Shown piece after piece: positions 17,988 through 30,968 of a stretch of 64,000 nt of DNA (its first letter is position 1; each line of letters starts with the position of its first letter). A program made the translations under genes and the position numbers. Below the pieces are notes generated by a model that saw only the letters and a program-made list of their open reading frames with translations, was not told the DNA's origin and ran no database searches. This DNA comes from a candidate division WOR-3 bacterium (GTDB lineage: Bacteria; Hydrothermota; Tepidihabitantia; Tepidihabitantales; Tepidihabitantaceae): contig VGIR01000002.1 of the NCBI GenBank assembly GCA_016867815.1, positions 912 through 64,911 of the forward strand. Direction: 5' to 3'.

Positions 17988-19475
17988 TCAAGCTATGTTG
18001 AAGGACACCATTCTGATATCGGTCATTTCCTCGATGGCGAAGCGCGGGCCTTCGCGGCCGATGCCGGAGTCCTTGACGCCACCGTAGGGCATCTGGTCGG
18101 CGCGGACTGTCGCCGAGTCATTGATGAGGACATTGCCGACCTCGAGCTGCTCGGCGGCGCGAAGCGCCCGGCCGATGTCGCGGGTGAAGACACCGCAGGC
18201 GAGGCCGTAGTCGTACTCACCCAGCGCCGACCCCTGGTTGAATGAGGCTATCGCCTCGTCGTAGTCGCGGAAGGTGTGGATGGTGACGATAGGGGCGAAG
18301 CTTTCCTCGCACACGACGGGCAGTTCCGGCCCGGCACCCAGCAGGATGGTAGGGAACATTATGGTTCCTTCGGCTGAGCCGCCGCACAGGACTTCCGCGC
18401 CCGCGGCCCGGGCTTCTTCGACCAGCGATAGACCGCGGCTGAGCGCGGTCCGGTCTATCATCGGCCCGATGTCGGTTTCGGGCAGAGCCGGGTTGCCGCA
18501 GACGAGTTTCTCGACGGCGTCTACGAACCGGGCTGTGAACTGCTCGGCCACTGACTCGTGCACGTAGAGCCGCTGGGTGTGGATGCAGACCTGGCCGGAG
18601 AAGGAGAAGCCGCCTACCAGGCAGCGGCCAAGTGCTTTGTCGATGTCCGCAGTCTCATCAATGATGGCGCCGGAATTGGAGCCGAGTTCGAGGGTCACGC
18701 GCTTCAGGCCGGAGTCGCGCTTGATCGCTTCCCCGACCGCCGGGCTACCGGTGAAAGTGACCATCCGGATGCGGGAGTCGCGGACCAGAGCCGCGCCGAC
18801 CGTGCCGCCCTCGCCGACGATGATGCTGAGCGCCCTGGGGGGCAGACCGGCGTCGAGTAGCGTCCTTCCCAGCAGCAGCGCGGTCAGCGGAGTCTTGGTC
18901 GCGGGCTTGAGGACCAAGGAATTGCCCGCGGCCAGTGCGGGCGCGACCTTGTGGAGCACCAGGTTGAGCGGGAAGTTGAAGGGCGTGATGGCGGCGATAG
19001 CGCCGAGCGGCACGCGGATGAAGAAGCCGCGGCGGTGCTCCGAGCCGCGCGCTGCGTCCATCGGCACAGTTTCGCCGTGGATGCGGAGTGCCTCGCCTGC
19101 GGCAAAGCGAAGGGTTTCGACGCCACGTGAGACCTCGACAGATGCGTACTTGCGCGGTTTGCCGGCCTCGGCGATGATGGACTCGGTGAACTCGTCGCCT
19201 CGCTGTTCGAGCAGTGCGGCGGCCTTCGCGAGAATCGCGGAGCGACTGTGGGCGGGTAACCGGCGCATATCGGCCGCGCCGGTCGCGGCGGCAGCGATGG
19301 CCGCGTCTGTGACCGACTCAGTGGCAACCGGGATTTCACAAATGACCGATTCATCATACGGATTGATGACCGGCAGAGCTCTCTCGGTGGCGACCCACTC
19401 GCCGGCAATCAGCAGCTTTGGTTGTTCCATCTTGGTGAGAGGATAGGCTGTCGCGTCAGGCAAGTCAAACGTCAT
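17988..19475 (-). CDS. NAD(P)+-dependent aldehyde dehydrogenase family protein
   Basis: 495 aa. ALDH family motifs are present (…FTGSPAVGEAI…, LELGSNSGAII, catalytic Cys region GQVCIHTQRLYVHE) and the length is typical. Confidence 0.9.
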   Translation of the reverse strand: MTFDLPDATAYPLTKMEQPKLLIAGEWVATERALPVINPYDESVICEIPVATESVTDAAIAAAATGAADMRRLPAHSRSAILAKAAALLEQRGDEFTESIIAEAGKPRKYASVEVSRGVETLRFAAGEALRIHGETVPMDAARGSEHRRGFFIRVPLGAIAAITPFNFPLNLVLHKVAPALAAGNSLVLKPATKTPLTALLLGRTLLDAGLPPRALSIIVGEGGTVGAALVRDSRIRMVTFTGSPAVGEAIKRDSGLKRVTLELGSNSGAIIDETADIDKALGRCLVGGFSFSGQVCIHTQRLYVHESVAEQFTARFVDAVEKLVCGNPALPETDIGPMIDRTALSRGLSLVEEARAAGAEVLCGGSAEGTIMFPTILLGAGPELPVVCEESFAPIVTIHTFRDYDEAIASFNQGSALGEYDYGLACGVFTRDIGRALRAAEQLEVGNVLINDSATVRADQMPYGGVKDSGIGREGPRFAIEEMTDIRMVSFNIA

Positions 19476-19552
19476 TTGCGGGACGGCTTCGGAAGGGACG
19501 CAGGGGTGTCCGTTCCATGCCGGCGGCGAAGCTGCGACCTGGTGCTTGGACG

Positions 19553-21181
19553 CTACGGCGCGGCACCCGGCCGTGCCGGTCCGTCTGCGGCCTGGTATGA
19601 CTCCGGCCGGTCCACGTCGTAGAAGCGATACGGACGGTCCAACCGGGAGTAGTAGCTCCGGTCCGGCAGGAGGGCCATCGTCGTGTCAAAGTACTGACTG
19701 AGGACGACCCGGAATGTGTTTACCGGTGAGATTGAGTCGTAGAGCAGGGCAGATGTCTCGGTCCGGCGGCCGGAAGGCGGGAGATACGCCGCGTAGAGAA
19801 TGGCCATACGCTCCTCCAACTGGCTCTGCGCGGAGTCGCCCCAGGAGACCGTTTCTCTCAGCCCGTGGTCGGCCTGGATGATGATGACCGGGGGGCGCTG
19901 CGACTGCGCCATGATTTGTCGCACTACGGCTTCGAGCAGCGAGCCGAGGTAGAGTGCCTGGCCGCCGTAGCTGCTAACGTTAGCAGGCAAACCGCGCGGG
20001 CGGAAGATAAAGGGCCGGTGCGGACTCAGGACGTGGGCGAAGACAAACACCGGGTGACGGCTCCGCCCCGCGTACGGCAGGTTCCGCAAGGTGTAGAGCA
20101 CGCGGTCGCGGTGCCGGTCGACCGAGGAGGCGTGCCGCATAATGAGGATGTCTCGGAGCAGCGTCGTGTTCACCAGGATGCCCTGGAACTCGGTCAGAGA
20201 CCAGGGCGGGGACAGGCGCACGTCGGCGGCGAACTGGTCGGTGCCGGCATCGCCCGAAGCAAACGACACGGTCTTGTAGCCTCGGCGGCGCAGAAAACCG
20301 GCCAGCCGGCTGTTCTTGATCATGCCGAGCAGCGGACCGCCGTTGTCTGATTCCGTGCCCACTGCCGCGGCCAGGCTGTCCAGGTAGGTGAAATTGAGCG
20401 ACGAGGCGAGTGAGGGATGGGTCCAGGCGTAGTTCGAGCGTGCCCGGTCGGCGACGAAGAAACCAAGGCTCTCGAGTTTGCCGAGGAACGCGCTATTGTC
20501 GGCGTTGTGGCCGGACTTAAGCACGTCGGACCGGACGTAGGAATCGGCAATGATGTAGTAGATGTCGGGGTAGCCGGCGCCGGTCGCCGCAGCTTCCTGT
20601 CCGGTTCCGTGCTCGGCGCGCGGCGGACGATGAGCGAAGGCGCGCAGGCCCGTCGCCAGATTGACGGTGAGGATGCCGCCGGCGACGCAGTTCAGCACGA
20701 CCGTGACCCCGGACAGAGAACGTCGAGCCCTGCGCTTCCGGCGTCGGACGACCAGCCAGACTCCGATGCCCAGCAACACGGTCCCTCCCAGGAGCAGTTC
20801 CGCGCTCGCAAACACCTCGGGCATGTATGAGCCGGCGACGTGCCCGTAGAGAAAGAAGAGCACGAGGAACAGCGACACGAGCAGTGCCGCCCGCGCCGCG
20901 CTGTGGAACAGAAGCCCGAGGATCGCCCAGAGGACGGCAGTCATTGCCAGGGAGAGCGCGATGGGCACCAGCAATTCGCGGGGGTCAATCGGGATCCGGG
21001 CGCCGTTGTAGGCGTAGACGAAGAGAACCGGAGCTATCGCGAACAGGACCGGGTGAAGCGGCAGCGCGCTACGGCCCGGTTTCTGGTTGGCTTGTTCTTC
21101 TCTCGCCGCTGGTAGGGTTCCGGAGCGGGCGCCCTGGAGATGGGGCGGCACCGGACGCTCAGGACCGGCTTTCCTCGTCAC
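19553..21181 (-). CDS. LtaS/MdoB-like membrane-anchored sulfatase-family protein (phosphoglycerol/phosphoethanolamine transferase superfamily)
   Basis: 542 aa with about 5 N-terminal TM helices followed by an alkaline-phosphatase/sulfatase-like domain (…YPDIYYIIADSYVRSD…). The start codon is uncertain. Confidence 0.65.
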   Translation of the reverse strand: MTRKAGPERPVPPHLQGARSGTLPAAREEQANQKPGRSALPLHPVLFAIAPVLFVYAYNGARIPIDPRELLVPIALSLAMTAVLWAILGLLFHSAARAALLVSLFLVLFFLYGHVAGSYMPEVFASAELLLGGTVLLGIGVWLVVRRRKRRARRSLSGVTVVLNCVAGGILTVNLATGLRAFAHRPPRAEHGTGQEAAATGAGYPDIYYIIADSYVRSDVLKSGHNADNSAFLGKLESLGFFVADRARSNYAWTHPSLASSLNFTYLDSLAAAVGTESDNGGPLLGMIKNSRLAGFLRRRGYKTVSFASGDAGTDQFAADVRLSPPWSLTEFQGILVNTTLLRDILIMRHASSVDRHRDRVLYTLRNLPYAGRSRHPVFVFAHVLSPHRPFIFRPRGLPANVSSYGGQALYLGSLLEAVVRQIMAQSQRPPVIIIQADHGLRETVSWGDSAQSQLEERMAILYAAYLPPSGRRTETSALLYDSISPVNTFRVVLSQYFDTTMALLPDRSYYSRLDRPYRFYDVDRPESYQAADGPARPGAAP

Positions 21182-21583
21182 TGTTTTTGTACCTGAAGAG
21201 ACGTTTGAAGAAAGTCAGGACCCGTCGCCAGAACACGCCCAGCGCAAACAGCCCGCCCAGCAGGCCGCCAATCAGCAGTTGCACGACGTAGCTGCCCGTT
21301 CCCGGGTCCAGATACGCCTGCGCGACCGAAGGCAGCGCCAGCGGCAACAACGTCAAGAGCAGCAGGGCTCGGGCCGGACTGCCGGGCGCAGGTTTCACGC
21401 GCCTACTTTAGCCGCGCAGATTCAGGCAGTCAAGAGACCCGTGACGTCCGATTGTGGCAAGCGGCCGTCACCAAGTCGGATTGCGGCGGAATGAAAGCGA
21501 CACAGTGGCAGTGTTGACGCCGGACTTGTTGCGGTTGCTGCTGATTTGACAGAGGCGGACAATGGCCTATAATTCAGGCGCGA

Positions 21584-21657
21584 GGGCGATTAGCTCAGTC
21601 GGCTAGAGCGCCTCTCTTACACGGAGGAGGCCATCTGTTCAATTCAGATATCGCCCA
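21584..21657 (+). tRNA. tRNA-Val (anticodon TAC)
   Basis: Cloverleaf folded by hand. The acceptor stem pairs GGGCGAT with ATCGCCC, the D-stem GCTC with GAGC, and the anticodon stem CCTCT with GGAGG around loop CTTACAC. The T-arm pairs ATCTG with CAGAT around loop TTCAATT. The discriminator is A and there is no encoded CCA. Confidence 0.8.
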
Positions 21658-21928
21658 TTTCCGTAACTTCTTTCAATCCAAGCTGTTAGGATTGTAGTCG
21701 GTCAGGCGCGGCAATTGCCGTGCCGCGGGAGCGAATCTGGGCCGCTCGGTTCGGGTCTAAGAAGATGGAAGGTTTTTGTATTACAGAAGTTAGCTGACAA
21801 ATCGCCGCGTTCCGGGAGGTCCCGGAATCAGGCGAGAGTAGTAGGTGTCGGTGCATTGCCGGGAGCGGCAATCCCGGCGAGTAGACTGCGGTTTTCAACT
21901 AGAACTCACAACGTCCTAAGGAGGAGTC

Positions 21929-22225
21929 ATGAAGATACGACCGCTACAGGACAGAATCCTGGTCGAGCGCATCGAAGAGGAAGTAAAGAAGGGTGGAATC
22001 ATCATTCCCGATTCCGCCAGGGAGAAGCCCCAGCAGGGGAAGGTGATCGCCGCCGGTCCGGGAAAAGTGGATGAGAAGGGCACCCGGATTCCGATGGAAG
22101 TGAAGAAGGGCGACATCATCCTGTTCGGGAAGTACTCCGGCAACGAGATCCGCATCGGCGAGGAAGAGCATCTCATCATGCGCGAGGACGACGTTCTCGC
22201 GGTGATCGAGAAGGAAGCGAAGTAA
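21929..22225 (+). CDS. groES: Co-chaperonin GroES
   Basis: 98 aa reading [14 protein letters not shown]...[22 protein letters not shown]...; an AGGAGGAG RBS is present. Confidence 0.96.
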   Translation: MKIRPLQDRILVERIEEEVKKGGIIIPDSAREKPQQGKVIAAGPGKVDEKGTRIPMEVKKGDIILFGKYSGNEIRIGEEEHLIMREDDVLAVIEKEAK

Positions 22226-22237
22226 GGAGGAGCGAGC

Positions 22238-23893
<1,656 letters not shown>

Positions 23894-23939
23894 AAACGCC
23901 TGACGCGTAACGCATAACGCCTGACGCATGACGCTGGAA

Positions 23940-23978
23940 CCACCCCCGCCGCTTCGCGGCGGGGGTGGTCCTCATTTC
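23940..23978 (+). terminator. Rho-independent terminator of groESL
   Basis: A 13-bp perfect GC-rich stem (ccacccccgccgc / gcggcgggggtgg) closes a ttcg loop and is followed by tcctcattt. Confidence 0.6.
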
Positions 23979-24019
23979 AGCGTGATGCGTGGTGCGTAGA
24001 GCGTAGCGCGTCTCCAGCC

Positions 24020-24280
24020 ATGCCTACCTACGAGTATCAGTGCCAGAAGTGCGGACACCGCTTCAGCGAGTTCCAGCGGATTGTTGACCCGCCCATCAAG
24101 GACTGCCCGAAGTGTAGGAAGAGGAACTGCGTGGAGCAGATCATTTCCGGCGGCAGCGGCCTGATATTCAAGGGCTCCGGTTTCTACACTACCGACTACA
24201 AGCGCAAGCCTTCCAGTGACAGCGGGACATCGGCCAAGTCCGATAGTCCCAAGCCTCCCACCGACACGAATAAGAGCTGA
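24020..24280 (+). CDS. FmdB-family zinc-ribbon putative regulatory protein
   Basis: 86 aa reading MPTYEYQCQKCGHRFSEF...CPKCR, the CxxC-CxxC zinc ribbon typical of the FmdB family, followed by a Ser-rich tail. Confidence 0.75.
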   Translation: MPTYEYQCQKCGHRFSEFQRIVDPPIKDCPKCRKRNCVEQIISGGSGLIFKGSGFYTTDYKRKPSSDSGTSAKSDSPKPPTDTNKS

Positions 24281-24625
24281 GTCAAGGCTTGCGGTCGCCG
24301 GCCGCGGCCTTGGTGGCCGCACAAGCTTCAGGCCGCAGTCTCCGGGTCAAGTACAGCCCCAGGCCGTCTCTCGGGCGCAAACCCAAGCGCAAGCCTTCCT
24401 GAGCTCGATCTCTACTCAGGCCTGAACCTGGATCGGGACAGGCTACTTTCGGCTGTGGTTCGGGTCTCTGTGACCCCACCAGTGGTGTTTCTGCCACGGT
24501 TTTCGAGGTGTCTGGGGACGATTTGCGACCCCTTCACGCTGTCGGTATCCGGGTCTGGCGCGATCCCGAGCTAAGTGTATGAACAGGCAGGATATGAGTG
24601 CCACAAGCTCTGTGCAAGTATGGGG

Positions 24626-24653
24626 TTGACAAAAGGCCGTTTCTCTGTATCCT
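24626..24653 (+). promoter_or_regulatory. Candidate sigma70-type promoter for the 16S rRNA gene
   Basis: A perfect TTGACA at 24626-24631 is followed by a 16-nt spacer and then TATCCT, about 120 bp upstream of the mature 16S 5' end. Confidence 0.3.
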
Positions 24654-24770
24654 TGGTCACAGGCATATCGTTCTTTGATAATTCGGATGTAACCCAAAGC
24701 GTGCTCGGGTTTGTGCCATAACTAGTTGATTCAAGACATCAGAGCAGACAGACCCCTAAGATTTTTTGCT

Positions 24771-26308
<1,538 letters not shown>

Positions 26309-26368
26309 CTACGAGTTTTGCACGAACCCGGGCACGCTTTTTGTCGTTACATCCAATTCTGAAAGATT

Positions 26369-26396
26369 GAAGGCCAAACGGCCTTCTTTCTTTTTG
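26369..26396 (+). terminator. Intrinsic terminator directly downstream of 16S rRNA; possibly bidirectional with rsmG
   Basis: A 7-bp stem (GAAGGCC / GGCCTTC) around an AAAC loop is followed by TTTCTTTTTG. Confidence 0.5.
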
Positions 26397-26406
26397 CGGG
26401 CAGTTC

Positions 26407-27081
26407 CTACTTCTGAGAGCCGAGGACGATGAAACGACGGGGGATGCTGGAAAGGGGGAGAAGGATGTCGTGCGAACCGGCGACACGCAGGAGATTGCGC
26501 GCCAGCAGCCTGCCGGCCTTTGAGAGTTCCGCCGAGCAATCTCGAGTCTTGTACAAGATGATGCTGCCGTTCGGCTTCCGGTGCCGACCCGCGTAGCGCA
26601 CCACGTCCTGGAGAGGCCCGGAAAGCCGGCTGAGGACGACGTCGCATTCCAGGGACGGCAGTGACTCCGCCCGCGCGTTCAGTACCTCAACATGGGCGAG
26701 GCCGAGTTCGGTCACCGCGGTCTGCAGGAAACGACTTCTCTTCTGTGACGATTCGATGAGCTGCATCCTGAGGTCGGGCCGGGCGATGGCGAGAGGTATG
26801 CCGGGCAGGCCGGCCCCGCTCCCGATATCGCATACCCGCGCGGCGGGAGGCAGCAAACGCTGCACGGCCAGGGAGTCAATCGCGTGATAGGAGAGGATGC
26901 GCCCGGTGTCGCGGCGCGAGACGAGGTTGATGCGCTGGTTCCAGTCCCGCAGCAGCTGCGCATAGCGGAGGAGCGAGTCGTATTGCGGCTGGGTCAATTC
27001 GACGCCGAGTTGCCGGCAGGCTGCCTCGAGGGTGGGAAAGTCGGGGTCGGGAACCGGCGACGCGATCGCGGGAGCGAACAT
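26407..27081 (-). CDS. rsmG: 16S rRNA (guanine527-N7)-methyltransferase RsmG (GidB)
   Basis: 224 aa containing ...LRDWNQRINLVSRRD...VCDIGSGAGLPGIPLAIARPDLRMQLIESSQKRSRFL..., the RsmG signature. Confidence 0.9.
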   Translation of the reverse strand: MFAPAIASPVPDPDFPTLEAACRQLGVELTQPQYDSLLRYAQLLRDWNQRINLVSRRDTGRILSYHAIDSLAVQRLLPPAARVCDIGSGAGLPGIPLAIARPDLRMQLIESSQKRSRFLQTAVTELGLAHVEVLNARAESLPSLECDVVLSRLSGPLQDVVRYAGRHRKPNGSIILYKTRDCSAELSKAGRLLARNLLRVAGSHDILLPLSSIPRRFIVLGSQK

Positions 27082-27088
27082 GGCTCGC

Positions 27089-28042
27089 CTATCCGGCGGG
27101 CGGGTCTTTTATGTAGACGTTCGTTTCCAGGTAGGTCTGGTAGTCGGTCCACTTGGTGCCCGGGTTCCTCTCGACCGCCTCGCGGAACATCGCCGCGCGG
27201 GCATCAAGATTGTCCAGGAAGTAGACAATGAACGCCTCGGCGAACTTCGGGGTCTTGGGCGAGCCGAATTCCATCTGGCCGTGGTGGGCCAGGATGATGT
27301 GGAGCAGCATCCGGGCCGTTTCCACCGGGAATCCCTCTATGCCTGCTATCTTGTCCTGGACCATCTGATACCCAAGCGTGATGTGGCCGAGAAGGCGCCC
27401 GTCATAGGAATGGTCAATCGCAACGTCGTAGACGTACTCGCGGATCTTGCCCACGTCGTGCAGTATGACGCCGGCAAGCAAGAGATCGGCGTCAATCTCC
27501 TCGTAGACCAAGGGGAAGCTCCGGGCAAGCCGAGCCATCAGTAGCGTATGCTCGAGCAATCCGCCAAGGTAGGCATGGTGAACCCGGGCGCCGCCCGGGG
27601 CGAGCGAGAACTGCTCGACGAACTTCTCGTCGGCGAAGAAGGAGTCCAGCAGGACGCGGAGATGCTGGTTCTTGACAGCGGCCATGTATCCCCGCAGCTC
27701 GGTCATCATCTCGGCGCGGTCATAGCGGGAGGCGGCGATGAAGTCGTCACGCGAGATGTCGGAAGGGGCGGCCGGGTGGATAACGCTGACGTTGAACTGC
27801 GGTTTGCCCTGGTAGTCTCCCATCCGGCCGGCGACTCGGTAGAAACCTCCGACCTCGACGCAGCGCAGGGCGTCCTCAATCCGGTCCCACATTATGGCTG
27901 CGACCGAGCCGGTCTTGTCACGCAGTTCGAGTGTCAGGAAGGCGCCGCCGTCGCGGCGTTCCTTCACGTCCCGGCGTGAGCAGTAGAAGACGTCATCGAC
28001 CTGCGAGCCGGGCTTGATGTCCTTGATGAACTGTCTCTTCAT
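27089..28042 (-). CDS. YhaM-like 3'-5' exoribonuclease (OB-fold + HD domain hydrolase)
   Basis: 317 aa. An N-terminal OB-fold region is followed by an HD motif (...LLEHTLLMARLA...GVILHDVGKIREY). It is immediately upstream of rsmG on the same strand. Confidence 0.75.
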   Translation of the reverse strand: MKRQFIKDIKPGSQVDDVFYCSRRDVKERRDGGAFLTLELRDKTGSVAAIMWDRIEDALRCVEVGGFYRVAGRMGDYQGKPQFNVSVIHPAAPSDISRDDFIAASRYDRAEMMTELRGYMAAVKNQHLRVLLDSFFADEKFVEQFSLAPGGARVHHAYLGGLLEHTLLMARLARSFPLVYEEIDADLLLAGVILHDVGKIREYVYDVAIDHSYDGRLLGHITLGYQMVQDKIAGIEGFPVETARMLLHIILAHHGQMEFGSPKTPKFAEAFIVYFLDNLDARAAMFREAVERNPGTKWTDYQTYLETNVYIKDPPAG

Positions 28043-28066
28043 GGTTGGTTTGCTGCCGCGAGCGGG

Positions 28067-28969
28067 CTAGAGGGAAAACGCCAGCGAGAGGCGATGGGCG
28101 ACGCCGAGTTCGACCATGGGGATGAAGCAGTAGTCGAGTTGGTATCCGCGCCAGCGGAAGCCGAGGCCGGTGGTCACGCCGGCAAGGATGTCTTCGCCGG
28201 CGCCGGCTCTGAGGTCAACACCTTCGGTTGTATAGCCGGCGCGCACCACCAGAAGGTCGGCAACCCAGCCTTCGACGCCGGCGCGGACGTTGATCCGGTT
28301 GTCAACCGGTTTACGCACGTCTAGTGCCACATTGAGCGCCGGGTTCGGCTGGTAGGCAAGCCCAAGTCCAAAGTCGATCGGCATCGGGTCCACGCTGTCC
28401 CGGAAAGCCCTGATCTGATAGCCGACGTTCTTCACCGCCAAACCGGCGGTCAGCCCAGCGACCGGCAGTCGGTAGGTAGCGCCTAGGTTGCCGGCTAGTC
28501 CCAATCCGAAAAAGGTGTCGATGGAGCCGTATAGCCCTTGCAGGGCAACGCCGACCGCGAAGTCATCGGCGAGCCGCATTGCTCCGCTGAGGTTGAGATT
28601 GGCATAAGAGACGCCGAACGTGCCAAGCTCCTCGCCTCGTTCGTTGGTGCGCTTCATCGTACCGGAGTTCAGGTAGACTATCCCGAACCCCACGCCCTTG
28701 TCAGTGCCGACCGGCTGGCTGTAAGCGGCGGAGCCGGTGTGGATACCTGCCACGTAGTTGAGGTAGCCGACATGGGCGCGCGGGCTTTCCGCCGTCAGCA
28801 CGTGCGCCGGGCTGAACCAGAAGCCCATCGGGCTGGAGGCGCTGCCGATTCCGGCGCCGCCCATTGCCGCCTCGCGGGCGGTCGGCGTTATACGGAGAAA
28901 GTCGAAGCCGGTGGTGCCGGCGTTCGGGTCGATCCCGACTAGAACCAAGGCCAGTGTCAGGGGGAGCAT
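28067..28969 (-). CDS. Putative outer-membrane beta-barrel protein of the PorQ/PorP(SprF)-like T9SS-associated type
   Basis: 300 aa. The N-terminal motif ...FDFLRITPTAREAAMGGAGIGSAS resembles the PorP/PorQ family signature. It has alternating beta-strand character and a C-terminal aromatic residue. Confidence 0.4.
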   Translation of the reverse strand: MLPLTLALVLVGIDPNAGTTGFDFLRITPTAREAAMGGAGIGSASSPMGFWFSPAHVLTAESPRAHVGYLNYVAGIHTGSAAYSQPVGTDKGVGFGIVYLNSGTMKRTNERGEELGTFGVSYANLNLSGAMRLADDFAVGVALQGLYGSIDTFFGLGLAGNLGATYRLPVAGLTAGLAVKNVGYQIRAFRDSVDPMPIDFGLGLAYQPNPALNVALDVRKPVDNRINVRAGVEGWVADLLVVRAGYTTEGVDLRAGAGEDILAGVTTGLGFRWRGYQLDYCFIPMVELGVAHRLSLAFSL

Positions 28970-29165
28970 GATGCTTCAAAGTTAAGGTCGTTTGCCGCAG
29001 TTGTCAAGCTTATTCGAGCGGCACGATGTTGACATCAGTGCCTCCAGCAATAGAATAGGGGCGAGAACACTAGACGATAATCCGAGTCCGGTGTCGTGAC
29101 GGGACTGTCGTTCAATTACTATGCGACAATCGGCGCCGCGGTGCCGGTTGCTGAGGAGGATAGTT

Positions 29166-29921
29166 ATGTCCGGGCATTCTAAATGGTCCACAATCAAGCA
29201 CAAGAAGGGCAAGGCAGACCAAGCGCGGGGCGCGGCCTTTTCGAAGCTGATTCGGGAAATCACTACGGCTGCCAGGATCGGCGGCGGCGACGTGAACGCC
29301 AACCCCAGGCTGCGCACGGCGGTCGAGTCGGCCAAGGCGATCAACATGCCGGCCGACAACGTCGACCGCGCCATCAAGAAAGGCACCGGCGAACTGCCGG
29401 GCGTCACCTATGAAGAGACCATTTACGAAGGCTACGGTCCGGGCGGAGTGGCCCTGATGATCCGAGCGCTGACCGACAACAAGAACCGGAGCACGGCGGA
29501 AGTCCGTCACGTCTTCGACAAGTACGGCGGCAGTATGGGCGCGGCCGGGTCGGTCGCGTGGCAGTTCAAACCGCAGGGACTGATAGTCGTGTCAAAGGAC
29601 AAGGCGAGCGAGGACGCCGTTCTGAACGCGGCGCTGGAGGCCGGGGCCGACGACGTGAAGACCGAAGCGAGCGCCTACTCGATCACGACCCCGATTGGTG
29701 CGCTTGAGAAGGTGAAGAAGCAACTCAAGGACGCCACCATCCCGTTTGAAAGCGCGGAATTGACCATGATCGCAGCCAACTCGGTCAAGCTGTCCGAGGC
29801 GGAAGCGCCCAAGGTCCTCAAGCTGATTGAGATGCTGGAGGAACTCGAAGAGGTCCAACAGGTCTACGACAACTCCGACATCCCCGAAGAGATACTGGAG
29901 AAGATAGCGGCCGAGGACTAG
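29166..29921 (+). CDS. yebC: YebC/PmpR family DNA-binding transcriptional regulator
   Basis: The start is the internal ATG after GAGGAGGA, giving MSGHSKWSTIKHKKGKADQARG...; this is the YebC signature N-terminus. Confidence 0.9.
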   Translation: MSGHSKWSTIKHKKGKADQARGAAFSKLIREITTAARIGGGDVNANPRLRTAVESAKAINMPADNVDRAIKKGTGELPGVTYEETIYEGYGPGGVALMIRALTDNKNRSTAEVRHVFDKYGGSMGAAGSVAWQFKPQGLIVVSKDKASEDAVLNAALEAGADDVKTEASAYSITTPIGALEKVKKQLKDATIPFESAELTMIAANSVKLSEAEAPKVLKLIEMLEELEEVQQVYDNSDIPEEILEKIAAED

Positions 29922-29927
29922 TCTGTC

Positions 29928-30407
29928 TTGAGGATTCTGGGGATTGACCCAGGGCTGGGCGCGACCGGATACGGGATCATCGAAGACGGCGAGGCCACCG
30001 AGTTCGGCCTCATCACGACTGACGCAGGTCAACCCACTCCAGAACGGCTCCGATCGCTGGGCGAGGGTCTCGAAGAGGTGGTCCGGCGCAACCGGCCGAC
30101 AATCTGCGCGCTTGAGACCCTCTTCTTCAAGTCGGTCGGGGCGAGGAGCGTGATTCGCTCGGCCGAGGCTCGCGGCACGATCATCTACGTTCTGGGCCGG
30201 AACCGCATACCGGTAACCGAGCTGACCCCAGCTACCATCAAGCTGGCCCTGACCGGGAGTGGCCGGGCGTCGAAACACCAGATGAATTACATGGTCAAAC
30301 GGCTGCTCTCTCTGGGGGAGAGGGTTTCTGAGCACGCGGCAGATGCCCTGGCCGCCGCCTACTGCCTCAGTCGTAGGCAGCCGGCGAGAGCGGGGCGGCG
30401 ATGCTAG
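29928..30407 (+). CDS. ruvC: Holliday junction resolvase RuvC
   Basis: The TTG start gives (M)RILGIDPGLGATGYGII..., the RuvC N-terminus with its catalytic Asp. Confidence 0.88.
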   Translation: MRILGIDPGLGATGYGIIEDGEATEFGLITTDAGQPTPERLRSLGEGLEEVVRRNRPTICALETLFFKSVGARSVIRSAEARGTIIYVLGRNRIPVTELTPATIKLALTGSGRASKHQMNYMVKRLLSLGERVSEHAADALAAAYCLSRRQPARAGRRC

Positions 30408-30961
30408 CACGACTACGCGGCCTCCTGGCAGAGAAGGACCCGACACGGGTCGTAGTTGACTGCCAGGGTATCGGGTTCGGCCTGAAAGTCCCGCTGTCCA
30501 CATCACGGCGGTTGGCCGATGACGGCGGCGAGGTCACTCTGCACGTGCACACCCATTTCACCCGGGAAGGGGTGGAGCTGTTCGGTTTCCTGGACAAGGA
30601 TGAGAGGACCGCGTTCCAGCGGCTGATGTCGGTGTCGGGAATCGGACCCAAGGCTGGCCTGAACCTGCTATCCCGATTCGCTCCCGCGGAGATAGAATCC
30701 ATAATAGCCAACGGCAAGGCTGACGTGTTGCGGACCGTGCCCGGTATCGGGCCGACCAAGGCAGACAGTATCATCAAGAAGCTGCAAGCCGAAGCCCTGC
30801 CGCCAGAAGGCGGCTCGGGTCTGCTGGCGGACGCGGAGTCGGCGCTGGTTTCGCTGGGGCTGACGCACCGCGAGGCCAAGGAACGTCTGCGTCGGGTTGG
30901 TTCGGCCGAGAGCCTCAGCCTGCAGGAGCTCCTGAAGCTGGCGCTGGCACATCGAGGCTAG
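30401..30961 (+). CDS. ruvA: Holliday junction branch migration protein RuvA
   Basis: 186 aa starting MLARLRGLLAEKDPTRVVVDCQGIGFGLKVP..., with a helix-hairpin-helix region GIGPKAGLNLL..VPGIGPTKAD. It overlaps the ruvC stop by 7 nt. Confidence 0.9.
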   Translation: MLARLRGLLAEKDPTRVVVDCQGIGFGLKVPLSTSRRLADDGGEVTLHVHTHFTREGVELFGFLDKDERTAFQRLMSVSGIGPKAGLNLLSRFAPAEIESIIANGKADVLRTVPGIGPTKADSIIKKLQAEALPPEGGSGLLADAESALVSLGLTHREAKERLRRVGSAESLSLQELLKLALAHRG

Positions 30962-30968
30962 CCGGGAC

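Noticed and set aside
21159-21398. 79-aa minus-strand ORF (MKPAPGSPARALLLLTLLPLALPSVAQA...)
   Set aside because: It looks signal-peptide-like, but it overlaps the 5' end of the LtaS-like gene in another frame and has no RBS. It may be a chance ORF and is left uncalled.
21660-21928. CIRCE (HrcA operator) upstream of groES
   Set aside because: No match to TTAGCACTC-N9-GAGTGCTAA was seen, allowing 2-3 mismatches. Only unrelated palindromes are present.
26309-26406. Expected ITS tRNA-Ile/tRNA-Ala and the start of 23S after 16S
   Set aside because: No tRNA cloverleaf could be folded in this region. It contains only a terminator hairpin and is followed by a convergent protein-coding gene.
29592-30506. 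304-aa minus-strand ORF
   Set aside because: It is antisense to yebC/ruvC, which have clear conserved N-termini.
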